From: an uncultured Flavobacteriaceae bacterium
Lineage (GTDB): Bacteria > Bacteroidota > Bacteroidia > Flavobacteriales > Flavobacteriaceae
DNA length: 44,824 nucleotides
Reading direction: 5' to 3'
Assembly (NCBI GenBank): GCA_938018045.1
Contig: CALIIP010000017.1
Location: 1 to 44,824, forward strand
This document shows positions 38,884-44,824 of the stretch, one piece after another (position 1 is the stretch's first letter; every line of letters starts with the position of its first letter). The notes below the pieces were generated by a model. The model did no database searches. It had not been told where the DNA came from and was given only the letters and a program-made list of their open reading frames with translations. Position numbers and translations under genes: made by a program.

Positions 38884-38955
38884 TTGTCATCCTGAACTTG
38901 ATTCAGGATCTATTTATTGATTCTTATGGATTCCTCATCAAGTGCGGAATGACAA
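38884..38955. repeat. REP-like dimer (TTGTCAT...ATGACAA)
   Basis: Unit 1 TGTC-ATCCTGAA-CTTGA-TTCAGGAT; unit 2 on the minus strand TGTC-ATTCCGCA-CTTGA-TGAGGAAT. Confidence 0.85.
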
Positions 38956-38968
38956 AGTAACATATTCC

Positions 38969-40102
38969 TTAACCTAAAACATCTTTCAACACAGCAATCG
39001 CTGTATCTACTTCTTGAATTGTATTGTGTTTAGAAAAAGAAAAACGAACAGATGTTTTATTGGCTTCATCTTGAGTCAAGATAGCATTGAGCACATGAGA
39101 ACCTCCAAGGCTTCCACTTTGGCAAGCAGAACCTCCAGAAGCAGCAATTCCTTTAATATCTAACGTAAACAATAACATAGCACTTTCTTTTGCAAAACGC
39201 ACATTTAGAATTGCGTAACTGCTATTTGTTGGGTTTGTGCTACCATTAAAAGCAATATCTGGAAACGTATTTTTTAATTGCTTAATAAAATAATCTTTTA
39301 AACTTTGGATGTTTTTAATATCAGTATTTAAGTCTAGATATGCCAATTCTAAGGCTTTATCCATTCCTAAGATAGAATGTGTATTCTCTGTTCCTGCTCT
39401 TGCGCCTCTTTCTTGGTTTCCTCCTGTAAGAATTGGTTTGATGCCAAATCCTTTTTTGAAATAAGCAAAACCTACACCTTTTGGTCCATGAAATTTATGT
39501 GCACTCGCAACCATAAAATCAATCGGAATTTCTTGTAAATCGATATGATAATGACCTATCGCTTGAACAGAATCTGAATGAAATAGCGCATTGTTTTCTT
39601 GACACAATTCAGAAACTCGCTTCACGTCCAATATAGTACCAATCTCATTATTCACAAACATTAAACTGACCAATGTTTTAGAATCATCAGCAATTAAAAG
39701 TGTTTCTAAATGGTTTGTATCGATTGTTCCATCAGAAAGAAAATTTACATAGTCAACTTTAATCCCATATTCGTTTTGAAGACTTACTATTGTATGCAAT
39801 ACTGCATGATGCTCAATTTTTGATGTGATAAATCTTTTTACACCAAGATTTGTAACAGCATTGTGCAAAATCATATTGTCAGCCTCACTTCCGCCAGCAG
39901 TAAAAACAATTTCACTTGCCGTTACATTTAGTCGCTTCGCAATATTTTTACGAACTTTTTCTACCATCGATTTTGCCGAACGACCAAACTGATGCGTTGA
40001 AGATGGATTCCCATAAACTTCTCGCATAGAATTGGTTATAACGTCAATAACTTCAGAATCTATCTGAGTTGTTGCAGCATTATCAAAGTAAATTTTATCC
40101 AT
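38969..40102 (-). CDS. Cysteine desulfurase (IscS/NifS class I, PLP-dependent)
   Basis: YFDNAATT, YGNPSSTH, IEHHAV, HSDSVQ, SAHKFHGPKG, SGGSAC. Confidence 0.93.
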   Translation of the reverse strand: MDKIYFDNAATTQIDSEVIDVITNSMREVYGNPSSTHQFGRSAKSMVEKVRKNIAKRLNVTASEIVFTAGGSEADNMILHNAVTNLGVKRFITSKIEHHAVLHTIVSLQNEYGIKVDYVNFLSDGTIDTNHLETLLIADDSKTLVSLMFVNNEIGTILDVKRVSELCQENNALFHSDSVQAIGHYHIDLQEIPIDFMVASAHKFHGPKGVGFAYFKKGFGIKPILTGGNQERGARAGTENTHSILGMDKALELAYLDLNTDIKNIQSLKDYFIKQLKNTFPDIAFNGSTNPTNSSYAILNVRFAKESAMLLFTLDIKGIAASGGSACQSGSLGGSHVLNAILTQDEANKTSVRFSFSKHNTIQEVDTAIAVLKDVLG

Positions 40103-40158
40103 AGTGCAAAGTAACTGAAATTAATTTGAACTATTTGCGTTAATAAGTGCAAAACGAT

Positions 40159-40166
40159 TATTTTTG
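40159..40166 (+). promoter_or_regulatory. -7 element (TATTTTTG) for the lipoprotein at 40276
   Basis: TAnnTTTG match; would imply a leader of about 100 nt. Confidence 0.45.
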
Positions 40167-40275
40167 CTTTATAATATTATAGACACATGAACCGAGCATG
40201 TTAAAAAATTTATTCCTTAAGAGAATGATTAATAACGAACACATGTGACAATTAAAAAACAGTAAATATAAACAC

Positions 40276-40785
40276 ATGAAAAAAAAACTTGTACTTCTTT
40301 TTTGTATCACGCTGTTATCTTGTGATGATGGAGATTTTGATGTTCCTGCATTTGACTTTGCCGAAACTGTTTATAATTGTGATGTAAACAATAACAGTTA
40401 TACATTATATCGCTTGAGTGATACTGAAGCATTAATTGTAACTTTAACTACAAGTCAAATTTTAAATGAAGTATCTACAACTACTATTTCTGCAAGTATT
40501 AGTGCAACAAACGTGATATACAGGACATTTAATAGTACTGTATCTCAAAGTTATTTTTGTGAGAATGTTCCTCCTGTAAGTCCTACTATACTTTCAAATT
40601 GGACAGGTGCTGCTGGATCGAATAACCAAATACTTATTGATACTGTTGAAGAATTTGACACTACAAACACAACACTTATTGGATATCGTCATACCATTAC
40701 TTTCCAAAATTTGACTTTGGAAAATGGCAGTGATTCTTTAACCTATTCTGAAACTGATTTTGGCAGTTTTGTGACTGACTTATAA
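40276..40785 (+). CDS. Lipoprotein of unknown function (beta-rich)
   Basis: MKKK, hydrophobic stretch, LLSC followed by acidic DDGD; YFCENVPP. Confidence 0.8.
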   Translation: MKKKLVLLFCITLLSCDDGDFDVPAFDFAETVYNCDVNNNSYTLYRLSDTEALIVTLTTSQILNEVSTTTISASISATNVIYRTFNSTVSQSYFCENVPPVSPTILSNWTGAAGSNNQILIDTVEEFDTTNTTLIGYRHTITFQNLTLENGSDSLTYSETDFGSFVTDL

Positions 40786-40787
40786 AA

Positions 40788-41339
40788 TTAATCTCTTGTA
40801 TTTTGAAGTATATATACTTCTGTTGCACCCATTCCATACTTTTGGTAAGAGGCTTCACTAATCCTTACATTATACCTGTTAAATAAGTAATCGAGTTCAG
40901 TTTTTAAAACTCCTGCTCCAACACCGTGTATAAAAACGATTCTCGGAATTCTATTTCTGATAGCAAACTCTAATTTGTGTTTGGCAGTATCCATCTGTAA
41001 AGTAAGCATATCATAATTGTCCATTCCGCGAGAAGATTTTATCAATTTATCAATATGTAAATCGACTTCCATTGGCGGTATTTCTCCTCTGTTCTTTTTG
41101 GCTTTTGTAAGTTTCTTCCCTTTTTTATAATCTTCTTTATAGGATAATTGATTAGACACAATGATTGACTTTGCTAATTCTGATTGTTCAACTCCTATTT
41201 TAACCAACTCATTATCAGTGAATTTCATTACAAAATCATCTTCTGTAAGAATAGAAATTAAATGATTGTCAATAGCTGTAACTCTGCCTTTTATAGCATC
41301 ATCTGTAACTGCAACTGTATCTCCTATTTTAAACTTCAT
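40788..41339 (-). CDS. Smr/MutS2-family domain protein
   Basis: EVDLHIDKL, IVFIHGVGAGVLK, YGMGATEV; N-terminal FKIGDTV module. Confidence 0.88.
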   Translation of the reverse strand: MKFKIGDTVAVTDDAIKGRVTAIDNHLISILTEDDFVMKFTDNELVKIGVEQSELAKSIIVSNQLSYKEDYKKGKKLTKAKKNRGEIPPMEVDLHIDKLIKSSRGMDNYDMLTLQMDTAKHKLEFAIRNRIPRIVFIHGVGAGVLKTELDYLFNRYNVRISEASYQKYGMGATEVYILQNTRD

Positions 41340-41387
41340 GTGTGATAAATTTCTTAATTTTGAAAATTATTATACCACAAAAATAAG

Positions 41388-42023
41388 ATGACAAACGAAA
41401 CAAATCATATAAAAACAAAACTTTTCTTTATTGATGCTTTAAAAAAAGTTACAATCGATGACAAAAGAAAAGAATTGTTAGTTTCTATTGCTGAATTTAT
41501 TGCATCAGAAATAAAAAAATTAAACACTGTAAACCTTAATTTTATTTGCACACATAACTCTCGTAGAAGCCAATTATCTCAAGTTTGGGCACATTATGCG
41601 ATTGAGTTTTATAAATTAAAAGGTATTGAAAGTTTTTCTGGAGGAACAGAAACAACAGCATTTCATGGAAATACAGTGAAAACACTTCAAGAAGTTGGGT
41701 TTGAGTTTAAACTAAATGAAATTTCACATACAAATCCTGTGTATGAAATTACTTTTGATGGAGTTAATCAACCAATTATTGGTTTTTCAAAAATTTATGA
41801 TGATAATAGTACTAAAAAACCATTTATTGCTATCACTACCTGTTCATCTGCAAATGAAAATTGTCCTTTTATTCCTGAAGCTTTGCAACGTTTTCATGTT
41901 GGTTATATAGATCCTAAATCATCTGACAATACAGTTAATATGTCAAAAAAATATTTGGAAACCAACCAAATAATTGCATCAGAAATGAATTTTCTGTTTC
42001 AACATATCAGTAAAATAATATAA
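41388..42023 (+). CDS. Low-molecular-weight PTPase / ArsC-like protein
   Basis: P-loop FICTHNSRRSQ, SGGTE, TCSSANENCPFIP, YIDPK. Confidence 0.85.
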   Translation: MTNETNHIKTKLFFIDALKKVTIDDKRKELLVSIAEFIASEIKKLNTVNLNFICTHNSRRSQLSQVWAHYAIEFYKLKGIESFSGGTETTAFHGNTVKTLQEVGFEFKLNEISHTNPVYEITFDGVNQPIIGFSKIYDDNSTKKPFIAITTCSSANENCPFIPEALQRFHVGYIDPKSSDNTVNMSKKYLETNQIIASEMNFLFQHISKII

Positions 42024-42053
42024 TTCCTTATTTTCGTAATCATATATTACGCT

Positions 42054-42347
42054 ATGGACATTGTTCAATTTTTAGAAGAGAATATGCTTTCTTGCTCTTG
42101 GAAACAAGGTTTTGGTATAGATTGTATGGGTTGCGGAATGCAACGCTCAATTATTCATCTTTTTAAAGGCGAATTTGTTGAGGCTTTTAAAATGTATCCA
42201 GCAATTTATACACTTATTATTATGTTTGTTTTTCTTGGGTTTCATTTAAAATTTGATTTCAATAAAGGAGGGAAAATACTTATTTATTTATTCAGTATTA
42301 ATACACTAATTATATTAACAAACTTTATATTAAAAATTACTCACTAA
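42054..42347 (+). CDS. DUF2752-family membrane protein
   Basis: C..K..FGIDCMGCGMQRS plus two TM helices. Confidence 0.85.
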   Translation: MDIVQFLEENMLSCSWKQGFGIDCMGCGMQRSIIHLFKGEFVEAFKMYPAIYTLIIMFVFLGFHLKFDFNKGGKILIYLFSINTLIILTNFILKITH

Positions 42348-42359
42348 ACTTAATTGAAA

Positions 42360-42689
42360 ATGGAAAAACAAAAATTACCAAATGCCAGTACATCCCTTGT
42401 CATGGGAATATTATCAATTGTAACTGCTTGTTGCTGCTACGGAATTCCAGGTCTTATCTTCGGATTTATTGGACTGAATATGGCAAAGAAAGCAAAGGCT
42501 GTTCATGATGAAAACCCTGAGCAATACCAAGGTATTGGGAATGTTAATGCTGGAAGAATTACATCAATTATTGGTATAGTTCTTGGAGTTATATTCTTAA
42601 TTATTCTTATTTACCTTGTTGCAACTGGTAAATTTACAGAAATGATTGAGCAACAACAGCAAATGATTGAGCAAATGCAAAATCAATAA
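42360..42689 (+). CDS. CCC-motif membrane protein (DUF4190-like)
   Basis: LPNASTSLVMGILSIVTACCCYGIPG...AGRITSIIG; ATG 42360 preferred over TTG 42354. Confidence 0.8.
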   Translation: MEKQKLPNASTSLVMGILSIVTACCCYGIPGLIFGFIGLNMAKKAKAVHDENPEQYQGIGNVNAGRITSIIGIVLGVIFLIILIYLVATGKFTEMIEQQQQMIEQMQNQ

Positions 42690-42718
42690 AAATCAACAAG
42701 AAAATTAAATATTTAGGA

Positions 42719-43087
42719 TTGCTATTTGTCGGAATGACAATAGCAATCCTTTATTTTTATTTTAATCCTAGTTCAGCATTTTTTCCAAAATGCCCTTTAT
42801 ACATCACTACTGGAATATATTGTCCTGGTTGTGGAAGTCAACGCGCATTTCATGACTTACTACACTTTGATTTAAATGGGGTTATCGGTCATAACATCTT
42901 GTTTCTTTTCGGACTTGTTGTGTTGATTTATCAATTAACAATCAACACTTTAAATGCGTTTTTTAACAAGAATATTAAAAGTATTTTATACCATAAAAAA
43001 ACACCATTAGTACTATTAGTGTTTATTATTATTTTTTGGGTTTTAAGAAATATTCCTGTCTATCCTTTTACGTTTTTGACGCCTTAA
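42719..43087 (+). CDS. DUF2752-family membrane protein (start uncertain, may lie upstream)
   Basis: FFPKCPLYITTGIYCPGCGSQRAFHDLLH, FWVLRNIP. Confidence 0.85.
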   Translation: MLFVGMTIAILYFYFNPSSAFFPKCPLYITTGIYCPGCGSQRAFHDLLHFDLNGVIGHNILFLFGLVVLIYQLTINTLNAFFNKNIKSILYHKKTPLVLLVFIIIFWVLRNIPVYPFTFLTP

Positions 43088-43120
43088 TAATTATACGCAC
43101 TGTTCTGAGGTTTTTTTTGT

Positions 43121-43885
43121 TTAAAAAAACAACTTACGCATACCTACAAAAACAAAAACCATAACTGTATATATTAAAAAGAAAGGTAGGATAAAAGCCT
43201 TTAAACCCATTACAAGCATAACAGAAATAATCAATAATTGAAATCCTAAGCCAAACGTTGATATACCTGTCATAAAAAGATTAGGCAGTATTTTTCCTTT
43301 ATCAGCATTACTATCAAGAGTATAAATGATTTTATCAAAAATACCATAAAGAAGCTTATACAAACCAAAAAGGATATTTACATTCTTTTGTTTTTCGCCT
43401 TCTAATGCTATTGGTGTTTTGTTTTCAAAAACTCGGCTCGTAGTATCTCCATCAAATTTATTTCTTAGAATTACATAATAGTAGTTGTACAATGTACCTT
43501 GTAATTGTAAACCCAAAAATGCAAAAAAGCATATCCAAATACTCGTATTTGTAATATACCATATAGAAATAAACAATAATGCATTTAATAATATGTCAGC
43601 TACAGAATCTAGATAGCGACCTGTATAAGATGGTTTTGCTTTTACACGCGCTAATTCACCATCTGCAGCATCTAGAATAGACTTTAGAATTAAAAAAAAT
43701 GCAGCAAGCAAATAATATTCTTGTAGAATATAATAAATAGCAATTAAGCCTGAAATTATAAAACTAATTGTAACGTGTATAGGAGTGAAAGAGGTGTTCT
43801 TTAATGAGTTTGCAATAATTCTAGCTACTGGCCTCCCATAATCAGAAAGGTCAATAAATTTATGCTGTTTTGGCAATTTGGACAT
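43121..43885 (-). CDS. CDP-alcohol phosphatidyltransferase-family protein
   Basis: TPIHVT, LDAADGELAR...SYTGRYLDSVAD motif. Confidence 0.9.
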   Translation of the reverse strand: MSKLPKQHKFIDLSDYGRPVARIIANSLKNTSFTPIHVTISFIISGLIAIYYILQEYYLLAAFFLILKSILDAADGELARVKAKPSYTGRYLDSVADILLNALLFISIWYITNTSIWICFFAFLGLQLQGTLYNYYYVILRNKFDGDTTSRVFENKTPIALEGEKQKNVNILFGLYKLLYGIFDKIIYTLDSNADKGKILPNLFMTGISTFGLGFQLLIISVMLVMGLKAFILPFFLIYTVMVFVFVGMRKLFF

Positions 43886-44026
43886 TTAATTTCATCGTGT
43901 AATGTATTGTGGAATATACCTAATTACTTTTTTGTAAAAATACAGTTAAATTATAGCTTAAGAACTGATTAGACTTAGTAATTATTTGCGCTATTGTCGT
44001 CAAATTGATTTTTTTTCATTATAAAT

Positions 44027-44824
44027 TTATACTTTTCTCTTTTTTGCCTTCAATTTTTTCAAACCTTCTTTTGATAAAAATTTAGTATAAACTCCACCTT
44101 TAATACTGTTTACATCAAATTCTATGATAAATGCATGTTTATCTATAGTGTCAATCAAACTATACGTTCTTCTAATATCAATTCTATTAATTACTGTATG
44201 AATGATCTCTTTTTCGGTTTGTACTCCTCTTTTCCCAAAACCTCCAGATGCCTTGTATAATGTAGTTCCTGTACCAACAATATCAATGAGACCAGTATTT
44301 ATTTCTGATGATTTTTGTGAAACAATCATTAAACCGACATAATCTTCAAACCCTTCAATCATAAGGTCAATAACCTTTGCCGTAACTATAAATGTTAAGA
44401 TTGAATACATTGCAACTTCTATAGATAATAGTATTGCAGTTGCTAAGAATAAAATAGCATTAAAAAACAATATAACTTTTCCTATACTTATGCCTAATCT
44501 ATCATGTATAACAATACCTAATATTTCAGAACCGTCTAAAACAGCACCATTTTTTATGGTTAGTCCAATTCCTGCACCTAAGAAGAGACCTCCAAAAATT
44601 GCAATTAGAAGTTTGTCATCAGTAATTGAATTGAAGTTTTCAAAATGAATGATTACTGCTAATAAAATGATAGAAATCACAGATTTAATAAATATTCTTT
44701 TGGTAAGATTAAACCAAGCCAAAACAAGAAAAGGAATACTTACAATTAAAAGAAAATAGGAGACTTCAAAATGAAAAATTTCACTTAGTAATATTGCAAT
44801 ACCAGTTACTCCTCCATCTAAAAA
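44027..44824 (-). CDS. YitT-family membrane protein with DUF2179 C-terminus (5' end outside the window)
   Basis: Frame is open to the window edge (FLDGGVTGIAILL...); FGGLFLGAGIGL...DGSEILG; IDKHAFI. Confidence 0.88.
   Translation of the reverse strand, partial: FLDGGVTGIAILLSEIFHFEVSYFLLIVSIPFLVLAWFNLTKRIFIKSVISIILLAVIIHFENFNSITDDKLLIAIFGGLFLGAGIGLTIKNGAVLDGSEILGIVIHDRLGISIGKVILFFNAILFLATAILLSIEVAMYSILTFIVTAKVIDLMIEGFEDYVGLMIVSQKSSEINTGLIDIVGTGTTLYKASGGFGKRGVQTEKEIIHTVINRIDIRRTYSLIDTIDKHAFIIEFDVNSIKGGVYTKFLSKEGLKKLKAKKRKV

Noticed and set aside
3597-38955. Short repeats as a CRISPR array
   Set aside because: No regularly spaced identical repeats with unique spacers, and no cas genes
40788-41339. 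Smr-domain protein as an anti-phage nuclease
   Set aside because: Stand-alone Smr proteins are ordinary chromosomal genes, and there is no defence-island context
1697-41910. Short antisense or out-of-frame ORFs in the track (e.g. 1697-1918, 3146-3535, 3879-4208, 6166-6468, 6529-6836, 19806-20258, 25255-25596, 26059-26385, 29126-29497, 31250-31537, 38379-38624, 41716-41910)
   Set aside because: They overlap well-supported genes and have no recognisable motifs; typical shadow ORFs

Overview
AT-rich chromosomal segment of a Flavobacteriaceae-type (Bacteroidota) bacterium, judged from T9SS C-terminal sorting domains, TAnnTTTG promoter elements and gene content. It is mostly housekeeping (pyrD, pheT, recG, an RsmB-family methyltransferase, purL, two tandem acyl-CoA ligases, dnaX, mnmE, rlmF, a cysteine desulfurase), interleaved with secreted proteins, lipoproteins, transporters and regulators. 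I saw no rRNA, tRNA, CRISPR array, integrase or transposase. The most notable signals are: (1) an A10 tract in dnaX at the gamma/tau boundary, with stops close behind in both shifted frames; (2) a minus-strand module (lipoprotein of unknown function, structured 3' element, beta-propeller LytS-type kinase, LytTR regulator, PL38-like lyase) preceded by a perfect 10-bp direct repeat with 21-bp period; (3) two intergenic arrays with 8-bp periodicity arranged as loose inverted arms; (4) three TGTCAT...ATGACA REP-like palindromes; (5) two ECF-sigma-like promoters; (6) a Cys-rich DUF2752/CCC/DUF2752 membrane trio next to an ArsC-like gene. All family calls come from motif recognition by eye; no database search was run.
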